DNA of 57,087 nucleotides from a virus (Duplodnaviria; Heunggongvirae; Uroviricota; Caudoviricetes): IMG/VR virus record IMGVR_UViG_2561511241_000005, positions 1 to 57,087 of that record; one strand, 5' to 3'. Shown piece by piece: positions 26,872 to 36,291 of this stretch (position 1 is its first letter; each line of letters starts with the position of its first letter). The notes under the pieces were generated by a model. It saw only the letters and a program-made list of their open reading frames with translations, ran no database searches and was not told where the DNA came from. The position numbers and the translations under genes were made by a program.

Positions 26872-27149
26872 CAGCGCGTGGACGTGTCGCCGTTTCCGCC
26901 AGCCAGCCATAACCGGGCCAATCCTTCCCGCTAGCGACGGCGGAAAAGTCAAAAACACGTAATACCGGATCAACAGTCCCATTAACAGGTCGGCGCTACC
27001 TGGGTAGAAGAAAGCGCCATTCACCAATTTTATAAAATTCTGGAAACGGTACTGATGAAGCGCCGTTTCCAGTGTTTTATAGCTGTTTTCACTCCCTGCG
27101 GTGTCGAGTTTTGCGGGGGTTATATTTTTCAGAATAGGAGATTATTCTG

Positions 27150-27692
27150 ATGGCTAAGGCTAAAGGCATTAAATTGCCTCAATTCAAAGTACCGCTCTTT
27201 GAGCATACAACCGTTTTCTTTTGCCCGACCCGCGAGATGTTTTATGAATTTTGCGAAAAGGCAGGAATTCCGATCGAACCTGATTTCGAACTGGCAGGAG
27301 GATTGACGCTTACTTGCACTGGCGAGAAAGGCGGTAACTTCTACGTGATCGCAGTATTCGACAATGAGTTAGGAACACTGGTCCATGAAGCGGCGCACAC
27401 TACATTTCACGTTTTAAGCGATGTAGGCGTCGTGGCTACCACTGATCCATCTCATCCGGCGAATGAGACTTACGCTTACATGGTAGGCCGCATCTTTGAT
27501 GCATTTTTCCCTATCCTGGCAGAATCAAACGAAGCACAGGTTGCAGCAATGCAGGCGGCTGAAGTCGTTGAGCAGGCATTAGAACAGGCAGAACAGCCGA
27601 AGGAAGAAGAAAAAACCGCGAAGAAAGGCAAACGTAAGCCGAAAGCAAAAGAAGCGCTTGTACCGCGTGTTATGAGCTTTAAACGGGGGTGA
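27150..27692 (+). CDS. HExxH-motif protein (putative zinc metallopeptidase) with lysine-rich C-terminal tail
   Basis: 180 aa; LVHEAAHTTFHV motif; basic KKGKRKPKAK tail. Confidence 0.6.
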   Translation: MAKAKGIKLPQFKVPLFEHTTVFFCPTREMFYEFCEKAGIPIEPDFELAGGLTLTCTGEKGGNFYVIAVFDNELGTLVHEAAHTTFHVLSDVGVVATTDPSHPANETYAYMVGRIFDAFFPILAESNEAQVAAMQAAEVVEQALEQAEQPKEEEKTAKKGKRKPKAKEALVPRVMSFKRG

Positions 27693-27694
27693 TT

Positions 27695-27784
27695 ATGATT
27701 GCATCAATATTAACGTTTATAGGCGGTATGGCGGCTGGATTCATTCTTTGCGTGTTTTTGGTGGCTATGTCTATGCAGGATTGA
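27695..27784 (+). CDS. micro-ORF 1 of tandem array (29-aa hydrophobic peptide)
   Basis: MIASILTFIGGMAAGFILCVFLVAMSMQD; GGGGGT RBS. Confidence 0.35.
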   Translation: MIASILTFIGGMAAGFILCVFLVAMSMQD

Positions 27785-27786
27785 TT

Positions 27787-27882
27787 ATGGATGATTATAT
27801 CATTGCCGGATTGATCGGCATTTCTGTATTCCTGGTGTGTTTTATTATAGCTGTACTGATAACCGTAAAAAGCAAATCATGA
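27787..27882 (+). CDS. micro-ORF 2 (31-aa hydrophobic peptide)
   Basis: MDDYIIAGLIGISVFLVCFIIAVLITVKSKS. Confidence 0.35.
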   Translation: MDDYIIAGLIGISVFLVCFIIAVLITVKSKS

Positions 27883-27953
27883 ATGCCTACGATCTCATTT
27901 GGTTATTTGTGCTCATCATAGGTATTGGCGTGAACATTTACAGGCTATGGTGA
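27879..27953 (+). CDS. micro-ORF 3 (24-aa, MNAYDLIW family)
   Basis: MNAYDLIWLFVLIIGIGVNIYRLW; ATGA overlap with ORF 2. Confidence 0.35.
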   Translation: MNAYDLIWLFVLIIGIGVNIYRLW

Positions 27954-27957
27954 AAAT

Positions 27958-28032
27958 ATGATTGACCCGCTCATTATCCTTTCTGCCTGCGTCGCTGTAT
28001 GGCTGGCGATCATGATATTCATTGAAAGCTGA
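27958..28032 (+). CDS. micro-ORF 4 (24-aa hydrophobic peptide)
   Basis: MIDPLIILSACVAVWLAIMIFIES; GGTGA RBS. Confidence 0.35.
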   Translation: MIDPLIILSACVAVWLAIMIFIES

Positions 28033-28042
28033 AGGTATTCAC

Positions 28043-28117
28043 ATGAGTGTTTACGATCTCATCTGGTGGTCGTTGGTCGCCGTCATTATCTATTTCTGGT
28101 GGAAGAATGTTGTATAG
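28043..28117 (+). CDS. micro-ORF 5 (24-aa, paralog of ORF 3)
   Basis: MSVYDLIWWSLVAVIIYFWWKNVV; GAAGG RBS; shares tacgatctcatytgg with ORF 3. Confidence 0.35.
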   Translation: MSVYDLIWWSLVAVIIYFWWKNVV

Positions 28118-28125
28118 GTGACGGC

Positions 28126-28224
28126 ATGGATATATTCGAATTACTGGCGATTATGTGCGGCATGATGTTAGGCGTTGTCGCCATAATCATAATCATTGGT
28201 CTGGTTATGGGTAGCATCAAATGA
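28126..28224 (+). CDS. micro-ORF 6 (32-aa hydrophobic peptide)
   Basis: MDIFELLAIMCGMMLGVVAIIIIIGLVMGSIK; AGGTGA RBS. Confidence 0.35.
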   Translation: MDIFELLAIMCGMMLGVVAIIIIIGLVMGSIK

Positions 28225-28301
28225 ACGCATACGAAATGCTATTGCTGGTGGCTGTTATTACAGTAATTGCCGTTGATTTTTATCGAGGGTTAAAAAGATG
28301 A
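28221..28301 (+). CDS. micro-ORF 7 (26-aa, MNAY family)
   Basis: MNAYEMLLLVAVITVIAVDFYRGLKR; ATGA overlap with ORF 6. Confidence 0.35.
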   Translation: MNAYEMLLLVAVITVIAVDFYRGLKR

Positions 28302-28369
28302 GGGAAGCAGACTTCTTTTGCATGATTATAGTGATCGTCATCGTTGCGGTGCTTTTAAGCGTTAACTGA
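28298..28369 (+). CDS. micro-ORF 8 (23-aa hydrophobic peptide)
   Basis: MREADFFCMIIVIVIVAVLLSVN; ATGA overlap with ORF 7. Confidence 0.35.
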   Translation: MREADFFCMIIVIVIVAVLLSVN

Positions 28370-28385
28370 ATCGCAGGAGTTAAAA

Positions 28386-28454
28386 ATGAAATGGCTTGAT
28401 TTCTTTTTCCTGATTGTTGCTATTGTTCTTACCATGACCGCGCTAACTCAATAG
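28386..28454 (+). CDS. micro-ORF 9 (22-aa hydrophobic peptide)
   Basis: MKWLDFFFLIVAIVLTMTALTQ; AGGAG RBS. Confidence 0.4.
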   Translation: MKWLDFFFLIVAIVLTMTALTQ

Positions 28455-28513
28455 GTTATAGCTTGGACGCGCAATTTATGCGCTTCCTAAATTCAGCAAG
28501 TAAAGTAAAGGTG

Positions 28514-28606
28514 ATGGCAACAATGAAAGAATTATTCGACTGGTTGGAAGTATTAACATACTGTGCAAGTTTTGTTGCTTGCGTATATATCATCAATAAA
28601 TATTGA
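28514..28606 (+). CDS. micro-ORF 10 (30-aa peptide)
   Basis: MATMKELFDWLEVLTYCASFVACVYIINKY; AAAGG RBS. Confidence 0.35.
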   Translation: MATMKELFDWLEVLTYCASFVACVYIINKY

Positions 28607-28616
28607 GAGGTGAAAT

Positions 28617-29102
28617 ATGGCCCGCACTAAAAAGGCAAAGGCTGACGATAAAAAGCCAGCCGCTAAAAAGGTGGGCCGTCCGCATGGTTATACCGAAGAA
28701 AAGGCGTTAGAAATCTGTGAACTGGTAGCGGACGGTCAGAGCGTTAACAAAATTTCGAAAATGCCTGGTATGCCTACCCGTTCCACAATCCTGAAATGGT
28801 TTAGAGACGTGCCGGAATTCTCGGACATGTACATGCGCGCGAAGGAGATCGGATTCGAGGTATTAGCTGATGAGATCCTCGATATAGCTGATGATGCTAA
28901 GAACGTTGATAAAGACCAACTACGACGCCACCAACTAATGATTGAAACGCGTAAATGGTTACTGGCAAAACTGCAACCGCGTAAATATGGCGAACGCGTC
29001 ACACAGGAGATCGTCGGCAACAAGGAAGAAGCGCCAGTCCAGGTTGAAGTCACGAAAGAAGAGATCGCCCGCATCGTCCAGGAAGTAGAAGACGAGGTGT
29101 GA
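28617..29102 (+). CDS. Terminase small subunit
   Basis: 161 aa; basic N-terminus, HTH region and acidic C-terminus; immediately upstream of large terminase. Confidence 0.8.
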   Translation: MARTKKAKADDKKPAAKKVGRPHGYTEEKALEICELVADGQSVNKISKMPGMPTRSTILKWFRDVPEFSDMYMRAKEIGFEVLADEILDIADDAKNVDKDQLRRHQLMIETRKWLLAKLQPRKYGERVTQEIVGNKEEAPVQVEVTKEEIARIVQEVEDEV

Positions 29103-29104
29103 TT

Positions 29105-30583
29105 ATGTTGTCGCTTAAAGAAAGGATTATCCAATCCAAATGCGAAAGCGATGGCCTGTTCTTCAACCGTTATTTCTACAAGCAAGCAAACGGCGCGAAG
29201 ATGTTAATATCAGGCCATCAAGTAGCCATCCATGATGCGCTACAACGTGTTATTAATGGTGAAATAACCCGCCTCATCATTAACATTCCCCCAGGGTATG
29301 GCAAAACCGCGATCGCAACAATCAATATGATGGCGCGGTCCCTCGCAATAAGTCCCCGCACACGATTTCTTCACGTTTCCTATTCCGACAACCTCGCATT
29401 ACTCAATTCGTCGACAGTCAGAAATATGATTTGCTCGCAGGAGTACCAGAAATTATGGCCCATGAAGATCCGTAATGACGCCAATTCCAAATCAATGTGG
29501 TGGACGGAATATGGCGGAGGGGTATATGCCGCATCATCACACGGTCAGATTACTGGTTTTCGTGCTGGTTACATGGAGCCAGGCTTTAACGGCGCGATGA
29601 TTATCGACGACCCATTAAAGCCCGCTGACGCTTACTCTGATGTAATGCGGGATAAAGTTAACACTAACTACAACGATACGCTTGCTTCACGTCTGGCTGT
29701 GCAAACAACGCCAGTTATCGTCATTATGCAGCGCATCCACTACGATGATTTGTCCGGCTACCTGTTACGTGGCGGTAGTGGTGAGAAATGGCATCACCTT
29801 TGCCTGCCAGTGAAGATCGACAACAGTCTTGATTATTGGGATCTGTACCCGGAAAACGAATTCGCTATTCCTGTTCCTCACAACCTGCCGGACGGCTGGC
29901 TATGGTTGCATAAGCATAGTGATAAAGATGAATCAACTCTTAAATCACATCGCCGAACATTCGAAGCTCAATATATGCAGCGTCCGCGCAAGTTCGATCA
30001 AGAGGGCGCATTGTGGTCGGAAGCAATGATAACAGCCGCGCACCGGATGCAGATAACGCAGGACAAGATCCGCACGGTGATAGCCATCGACCCGGCAACA
30101 ACATCCTCTGATGAGTCGGACGAAACCGGGATCGTGGCATGTTCCGCATATGGTGGCGGCAAGTATGCTCAATACTCAGTAGACGGCGACTATTCAGGCC
30201 GCATGTCTCCTAACGACTGGGCGCAAGCCTCAATGAACGCTTACAACATCCATGAAGCTGACGCGATAGTTATAGAAACCAACCAGGGCGGCGAAATGGC
30301 GGAGGCCACGCTACGTAATGCCGGATTCAAAGGCCGCATTGTTAAGGTGCACGCAAGCAAGGGTAAATTCGCCCGCGCCGAGCCAATATCGGCACTGTAT
30401 GCACAAGGAAGGGTGGCCCACACTGGCAGCCTGTACACGCTGGAAAATCAAATGATGGAATACGTTCCAGCCACCGCTAAAAAATCACCTGACCGCCTCG
30501 ACGCAATGGTATGGGGTATCACTGAATTAAGCCAGCCACAGGCAATGGGCCTCATGTTACCTAAGCGCCTGCGCGGATTTTAA
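29105..30583 (+). CDS. Terminase large subunit
   Basis: ATG 29105 with GAGGTG RBS; P-loop-like PPGYGKT ATPase motif and C-terminal nuclease-length domain. Confidence 0.85.
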   Translation: MLSLKERIIQSKCESDGLFFNRYFYKQANGAKMLISGHQVAIHDALQRVINGEITRLIINIPPGYGKTAIATINMMARSLAISPRTRFLHVSYSDNLALLNSSTVRNMICSQEYQKLWPMKIRNDANSKSMWWTEYGGGVYAASSHGQITGFRAGYMEPGFNGAMIIDDPLKPADAYSDVMRDKVNTNYNDTLASRLAVQTTPVIVIMQRIHYDDLSGYLLRGGSGEKWHHLCLPVKIDNSLDYWDLYPENEFAIPVPHNLPDGWLWLHKHSDKDESTLKSHRRTFEAQYMQRPRKFDQEGALWSEAMITAAHRMQITQDKIRTVIAIDPATTSSDESDETGIVACSAYGGGKYAQYSVDGDYSGRMSPNDWAQASMNAYNIHEADAIVIETNQGGEMAEATLRNAGFKGRIVKVHASKGKFARAEPISALYAQGRVAHTGSLYTLENQMMEYVPATAKKSPDRLDAMVWGITELSQPQAMGLMLPKRLRGF

Positions 30584-30661
30584 AATCTGCCTCACAATCC
30601 CTCACGAATTTTTCTATTTTTCGCGTAGCAACGCGTAAACATGTATTCAGGAGTAAACATT

Positions 30662-32035
30662 ATGCCATCCAATTTAGAATTGGCGGTTAATGCTGCCTTG
30701 TCACAACGCCAGGCGGCCTTTGCCCGCTATGCAGCCGCTAACCCATTCTCAATGGGTATTGATGCAAAACGTGACGCTGCGTGGAGTGAATACGGATTCA
30801 AAGAAGAAATCACCTATGAAGATCTTTACAAGCTGTATCGTCGCGGTGGTATCGCTCACGGTGCTATTGAGAAGATTATTACTACGTGCTGGCGCACCAG
30901 GCCAACGCTGATTGAAGGTGCGGAAGACGAGAAAGCAGAAACGGAAACGCCGTGGGAAAGAGAAATTAAAAAGCAATTTGATAATCGTTTCTGGCGCGTC
31001 ATAGCTGAATGCGATCGCCGCCGCCTCATCGGTCGTTATGCGGGCCTGTTAATTCATGTCAGAGATAATCAGCCGTGGGATCAGCCAGTAACAAAAGGCG
31101 TAGGCATTGCCAAATTCACCCCTGTGTGGGCTGGTGCTCTTACTCCGAAGGACTTCGAAGAAAACCCGGATAAAGAAAACTATGGCCTGCCGACATGGTG
31201 GGAATACAAGGAGCGCATCAACAGTAAGACTATAGCAAGAAAGATTCATCCAGACCGTATCTTTATCTTCGGTGATTATTCTGATGATGCTATCGCTTTC
31301 CTCGAGCCGTCCTATAACGCTTTCGTTTCGCTGGAGAAAGTGGAAGGCGGTAGCGGTGAGTCATTCCTGAAAAACGCAGCGCGTCAGCTTGCTATCTCGT
31401 TCGATAAAGAGATTGATTTCCGTTCCCTGGCTGCAACATACGATTGCGACGTTACAGAGCTACGCGAGAAATTCAACGAGGCAGCAGCAGAAATGAACAG
31501 GGGGAATGATGTGATGATGGCATTACAAGGGGCAAGTGTTAGCCCGCTGGTGACTGCCGTAGCCGATCCATCTGCAACCTATGACGTCAACCTGCAAACT
31601 GCCGCCGCTGGTATCGACATCCCGACGCGTATCCTGGTTGGGAATCAGCAGGGTGAACGCGCATCAACTGAAGACCTCCGCTACTTCAATAATCGCTGTA
31701 TGACCCGCCGCGAGGAAATAGGAGGCGAGCTTGAGGAACTATTCCGCAAGATGGCAGATCTCCGCCTTATCAGTATGCCAGTCGATGTATCAGTTTTATG
31801 GGATGACCTTAACGCCATGACAAAAGCTGAGCTACTGGAAGCGGCACACAAAATGGCGCAAATCAATCAGGCTTGTCTTGCTACTGGTGAGGAAATATTT
31901 AGCGGTGACGAGATCCGAGAAGCTGCCGGATACGATGGCCCAGCTAGTGAAGTAGAACTGGAAGACGAGGAAAACGATGATGAAGGTGAAGAAAATAATC
32001 AGGCGAATACCTCCCGCCGCGATAATGCCATCTAA
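30662..32035 (+). CDS. Portal protein
   Basis: ATG 30662 with AGGAG RBS; about 457 aa; acidic C-terminus; position after terminase. Confidence 0.65.
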   Translation: MPSNLELAVNAALSQRQAAFARYAAANPFSMGIDAKRDAAWSEYGFKEEITYEDLYKLYRRGGIAHGAIEKIITTCWRTRPTLIEGAEDEKAETETPWEREIKKQFDNRFWRVIAECDRRRLIGRYAGLLIHVRDNQPWDQPVTKGVGIAKFTPVWAGALTPKDFEENPDKENYGLPTWWEYKERINSKTIARKIHPDRIFIFGDYSDDAIAFLEPSYNAFVSLEKVEGGSGESFLKNAARQLAISFDKEIDFRSLAATYDCDVTELREKFNEAAAEMNRGNDVMMALQGASVSPLVTAVADPSATYDVNLQTAAAGIDIPTRILVGNQQGERASTEDLRYFNNRCMTRREEIGGELEELFRKMADLRLISMPVDVSVLWDDLNAMTKAELLEAAHKMAQINQACLATGEEIFSGDEIREAAGYDGPASEVELEDEENDDEGEENNQANTSRRDNAI

Positions 32036-32921
32036 CACCGAAGATCCGACCATGACAGGTAAGTTACGGTCGGGAGCTATTAAGCGTTTCAAATCCTGCC
32101 TGAAGAAAATAGCCGATCCATATATCGCCATACTGGACAGAATACAATATAGCCTGGCTGTTAATAAAAAATACACCTTCCAGATTTACATGGATGAATT
32201 GCACGACATGCTGGAGGACGCCAGCGACATGATTGATGAGATATTCGAGCTAACCGACCCGGAAAGTTTTTGGTTTTGGCAGGAATACGTGAAGGTGGCA
32301 TATCAGCGCGGCACGGCACAGGAATACGCCAACCTTGCCAACCAGTCTGTTACTTACTCAAGCGCTTATCCTGATGTATCCGCCGTGCTATCAAGTACGA
32401 CTTACCGCACGCGCCTTGCCCTTGTTCGTACCCGTGTATTTGAGGAAATGCGCGGGCTAACAGCACAGATCAAGAAGGATATGGCCCGGCGATTAACCGA
32501 AGGTATGGCCCGTGGTTTAAATCCACTGGAAATAGCGCGCACATTGCAGCAGGAAACGCAATTGCCGCTATACAGGTGCAAACGTATTGCCCGAACTGAA
32601 ATATGCACAGCGTTACGCACAGCACGTATGGATGAGGCAGAAGCGGCGACAGAAGAGCTTAATCTGCGCACTATGCAAATGCACATTTCGGCATTGTCAC
32701 CGACTACCAGGCTATCGCACGCGCAGCGGCACGGGAAAACATACACCATAGATGAGCAGCGCGAATGGTGGAGCAGATCCCCAAATTCAATTAACTGCAA
32801 ATGTAGCACGATTACCGTATTGGTTGACGAAGACGGTAACATATTAAACAAACGAATATTAGATCGGGCGCAAGAAAACTATAAGATTGCGCACGCTAAA
32901 TATGGCGAAGATTGGGAGTAA
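31977..32921 (+). CDS. Head morphogenesis protein (MuF / SPP1 gp7-like)
   Basis: RCKRIARTEICTALRTARMDE-type motif typical of F-like minor head proteins; start uncertain (31977, 32023 or 32052). Confidence 0.7.
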   Translation: MMKVKKIIRRIPPAAIMPSNTEDPTMTGKLRSGAIKRFKSCLKKIADPYIAILDRIQYSLAVNKKYTFQIYMDELHDMLEDASDMIDEIFELTDPESFWFWQEYVKVAYQRGTAQEYANLANQSVTYSSAYPDVSAVLSSTTYRTRLALVRTRVFEEMRGLTAQIKKDMARRLTEGMARGLNPLEIARTLQQETQLPLYRCKRIARTEICTALRTARMDEAEAATEELNLRTMQMHISALSPTTRLSHAQRHGKTYTIDEQREWWSRSPNSINCKCSTITVLVDEDGNILNKRILDRAQENYKIAHAKYGEDWE

Positions 32922-32925
32922 AACC

Positions 32926-34194
32926 GTGAGTAAAGAATTGATTCAGGTTAATACCAAATTAACCGCTAATACCATACGCCGTGAAACATACAACGGTCGC
33001 GAGCATATCGTTGTCCCGTCATATACACTACCATTTAACATCGTAATGAATCGGGAATATTACCCGGAAGCTGAAATTATCGCTAATTACCAGTCACTGG
33101 AGGGTACGCTTGCCCCGCTGGGTCATCCTACCGTGGACGGTAAATTTGTTTCCGCATTTAGCCCGGAAGGATTAAACACGGGTTTTTGTGGAGCGTGGAA
33201 CAGAAACGTTGAATTACGCGGCAACCGTGTTTATGTGGAAAAATGGGTGGATGTGGAAACCGCCAGCCATTCAGAGCAAGGCCGCGAATTATTAAGCAGA
33301 CTTGAAGCACTGGAGAAAGGAGAAAGCAAAGATCCGATCTGGTCATCCGTCGCTGTATATCGTCAACGTATGCCAGCTACTGAAGAGATGAAAGCCCAGG
33401 GTGCCGACCATGTGGTGAAAATCATGTCTATCGACCATGACGCTATTTTGCTGCATGAGCCGCCAGCCGCTTCACCAGAGCAAGGCGTTGGCCTGATGGT
33501 TAATACAGACCAGGCGAAACCGTTAATGGCGGTGGCAATGAAAGAAAACAGCTACCGCACACTTGAGAAACAATTAACCGACGCCGCGCGGGAATTATTC
33601 CATGATGCCGATTATGTGTATGTGGTGGACTTCACTGATAAAGAAGTGACGATCGCCACTAATACTGAAAGTGCTCAAGTTTGCGCATATGAAAAACAGG
33701 CTGATAAAATTATTCTCAATAATGGCGAGCTTGCAACCAACGAGGAAAGTAAATCCTGGTTTACTCAGTTCGCTGAACACCTTTCTAATCTTTTCTCCCT
33801 GAATGAAAAAATTAAGGCCAATAAATCGGAGGACGATCCCATGCCTTTGACCAAAGAAGAACGCGCCGAACTGGTAAAAGAAATTAACGAAGGCTTAGCC
33901 GCAAATATCGCTAATGCAGTAGCAGAAGCATTAAAACCAGTGCAGGCAAGCGTTGAAGAATTACAGACCAATCAGAAAGCGATCAAAGAAGAGATCGCAG
34001 CAAACGCAAATAAAGAAGAAGCAGAAAAACGCGCCGCAGTTGCGAAAGTACACGGCGAAATTGTTGCTAACGCATTAAGCGGCGATGCGCTCGATGCAAT
34101 GTTTAAATCCCTGGGCAAAGCAGCGCCTATGGCTACCAACGCAGCAAGCGAAGGTAAAAAAGGCGAAGTACCAGACTTTAACACCTATTTCTAA
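32926..34194 (+). CDS. Putative capsid scaffolding / prohead protease-like protein
   Basis: GTG 32926 with GGGAG RBS; coiled-coil-rich C-terminus; position between head-morphogenesis and capsid genes. Confidence 0.5.
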   Translation: MSKELIQVNTKLTANTIRRETYNGREHIVVPSYTLPFNIVMNREYYPEAEIIANYQSLEGTLAPLGHPTVDGKFVSAFSPEGLNTGFCGAWNRNVELRGNRVYVEKWVDVETASHSEQGRELLSRLEALEKGESKDPIWSSVAVYRQRMPATEEMKAQGADHVVKIMSIDHDAILLHEPPAASPEQGVGLMVNTDQAKPLMAVAMKENSYRTLEKQLTDAARELFHDADYVYVVDFTDKEVTIATNTESAQVCAYEKQADKIILNNGELATNEESKSWFTQFAEHLSNLFSLNEKIKANKSEDDPMPLTKEERAELVKEINEGLAANIANAVAEALKPVQASVEELQTNQKAIKEEIAANANKEEAEKRAAVAKVHGEIVANALSGDALDAMFKSLGKAAPMATNAASEGKKGEVPDFNTYF

Positions 34195-34210
34195 TTAAAA
34201 GGGGATCACA

Positions 34211-34582
34211 ATGTTTCGTTTTCGTCGTGTAAATATTGATGGTAAATCCATTACCGAAACCTATGCAGCAGGCGAAGAAGTATTGCCGGGTAAACTGGTT
34301 AAACTGGTTGGCGGTAAATTCATGAACGCAACTGATGCAGGAGGCCGCCTGTATATCGTTAACCCTGCATTCCATGAAGGCAAAACCATTGCTGATGCGA
34401 TCGCAGCAGGTGAAACAGTCGTAGCTGACTACGTGGAAGAAGGGCGCGAATTCGCAATGCGAGTGGAAGCGGCAACCTACAAAAAAGACCAGGCCATCAA
34501 ACTTGGTGATGTAACCGTTGCATACTGCCAGGAAGATGTAACCCTGGAAGATGTCGATTTTATCCGCGTTCGCGTCGCTTAA
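34211..34582 (+). CDS. Small head-associated protein (possible decoration protein)
   Basis: 123 aa, strong RBS, directly upstream of major capsid gene. Confidence 0.45.
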   Translation: MFRFRRVNIDGKSITETYAAGEEVLPGKLVKLVGGKFMNATDAGGRLYIVNPAFHEGKTIADAIAAGETVVADYVEEGREFAMRVEAATYKKDQAIKLGDVTVAYCQEDVTLEDVDFIRVRVA

Positions 34583-34599
34583 TTTAAAAGGGGAATAAC

Positions 34600-35649
34600 A
34601 TGTACTTTACAAAACAAAATTTAGCCACTAACAGCCGGATGCAGGCGCATTGGGCTGAACTGTGGGCGCAACGCAATATCTTCAACGACCAGCATGACGC
34701 CATGATTGCAGCAAACAAAGCAAACATGACCGCTGAAATGATTGCTTGTAACGCCGTCGGTGGTTTTGAAAAATCATTCTGGAAAGAAATTGATAACCAG
34801 ATTATCGAACTGAACACCGAAGAAATCGGCATTGAGATCGTAAACGACCTGATGGCTGTGCAGACTGTACTCCCTATTGGTAAAACACTGAAAATGTACA
34901 GCGTATCCGGCGACATCAACGATGAAGTCGTAATGTCTATGGATGGTCAAGCGCCGCACGGCTTCGACCACACTGAATACGGCAGCGATGGCGACCCGAT
35001 CCCGATGTTCGCGGCTGGTTATGGTGTCAACTGGCGTCTTGCTCAGGGTCTTAATACTGTAGGTATCGACCTTGCACTGGATAGCCAGCGCCTGAAACTG
35101 AAAAAATTCAACAAAGCACGCGTTAACTTCTATCTGAACGGTAACGAAAACATCAAGGTTGATGGTCATAAAGCAATGGGTATTAAAAACCACAAAAACA
35201 CCCAGCAACTGACCCTGACAACTGACCTGACCACTGCGCAATTTGACGCACTGATCGACTTCTTCACCATTGGTGAATTCGGCGTTCTGGCCCGCAATAA
35301 CTTCGTTGCAAAATACGATATTATGTGGGTATCGCCTGAAATTATGGCTAACCTGGCACGTCCGCACATCGTTAACGGTGCTGTTGTTGGTAGCGTGCTT
35401 CAAACTGTTATGCCGTTCGCCCCTGTTGGTGAAATCCGCCAGACCTTTGCACTGAAAGGCAATGAAATTATCGCTTATCAGCGCCGCCGTGACGTCATTA
35501 CCCCGCTGGTTGGTATGACTACTGGCGTAGTGCCTCTTCCGCGCTTTATGCCAACTGATAACTACAACTTCCGCATCATGTCAGCAGAAGGTTTACAGAT
35601 CACCTGCGACATGTTAGGCCGTTCCGGTGTCGTTTACGGTCACGCATAA
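34600..35649 (+). CDS. Major capsid protein
   Basis: 349 aa; size, position and following strong terminator consistent with major capsid gene. Confidence 0.75.
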   Translation: MYFTKQNLATNSRMQAHWAELWAQRNIFNDQHDAMIAANKANMTAEMIACNAVGGFEKSFWKEIDNQIIELNTEEIGIEIVNDLMAVQTVLPIGKTLKMYSVSGDINDEVVMSMDGQAPHGFDHTEYGSDGDPIPMFAAGYGVNWRLAQGLNTVGIDLALDSQRLKLKKFNKARVNFYLNGNENIKVDGHKAMGIKNHKNTQQLTLTTDLTTAQFDALIDFFTIGEFGVLARNNFVAKYDIMWVSPEIMANLARPHIVNGAVVGSVLQTVMPFAPVGEIRQTFALKGNEIIAYQRRRDVITPLVGMTTGVVPLPRFMPTDNYNFRIMSAEGLQITCDMLGRSGVVYGHA

Positions 35650-35671
35650 TCTGACGTTTTCCTGTAACTCC

Positions 35672-35700
35672 CCGGCGCGATGCCGGGGATTTTTTTTTGT
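35672..35700 (+). terminator. Rho-independent terminator after capsid gene
   Basis: CCCCGGCGC-gat-GCCGGGG hairpin followed by T9. Confidence 0.6.
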
Positions 35701-35716
35701 ATGTGGAGCAAACAAA

Positions 35717-36103
35717 ATGGTCACTACAGAACAGGCGCGGGAATATCTTGAAAGCCAGGGTATTGACCTGCCAGACATTATTTTATCTTTGCTGGTGGAG
35801 CAGGCAAATAGCGTTAATGAATGCCTTGATGCTAACTATCCGGCCTCCACTGCAACATTAATTCAGCTTTACCTGATCGGGCTGTTAGGACTCACACAGG
35901 CGAATAAATACGTTTCCTCACACACAGGTCCGAACGGTGCAAGCCAGTCTTACCGCTATGTTGATTTCAATAAAAAATGGAGGGCGGCTTGCTCGTTGCT
36001 ACGCTCGATTGACAAGCATAATTGCACAGCAGAACTGATTCCAGCAGATCCAGAAGCCACCGCACACGCCGGACTATGGATTGGTAAGAGTGGGAGGATG
36101 TAA
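35717..36103 (+). CDS. Putative head-tail connector / head completion protein
   Basis: ATG 35717 with GTGGAG RBS; position. Confidence 0.45.
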   Translation: MVTTEQAREYLESQGIDLPDIILSLLVEQANSVNECLDANYPASTATLIQLYLIGLLGLTQANKYVSSHTGPNGASQSYRYVDFNKKWRAACSLLRSIDKHNCTAELIPADPEATAHAGLWIGKSGRM

Positions 36104-36105
36104 CC

Positions 36106-36291
36106 ATGTGGAATGATCTAACGCTACCAAAACCACTAATGCCGAAGCCGTTTACCCGCGTATGGGTGAAGACTGACACAGGGCGACAGGTCGCCGCCTA
36201 TCTCAATGATGCTGGTGAATGGGTAATTCTTTGCCCGCGCGTGGCGAAAACCCATCCGAAAATTGTTAAATGGAGCTATGGCTATGAGTAA
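36106..36291 (+). CDS. hypothetical structural protein
   Basis: 61 aa ORF. Confidence 0.45.
   Translation: MWNDLTLPKPLMPKPFTRVWVKTDTGRQVAAYLNDAGEWVILCPRVAKTHPKIVKWSYGYE

Noticed and set aside
28736-29185. 149-aa minus-strand ORF inside terminase small/large subunit genes
   Set aside because: Antisense shadow ORF within confidently assigned terminase genes; low-complexity Ser-rich translation.
34774-35403. 209-aa minus-strand ORF inside the major capsid gene
   Set aside because: Antisense to the capsid gene, no RBS, no recognisable domain.
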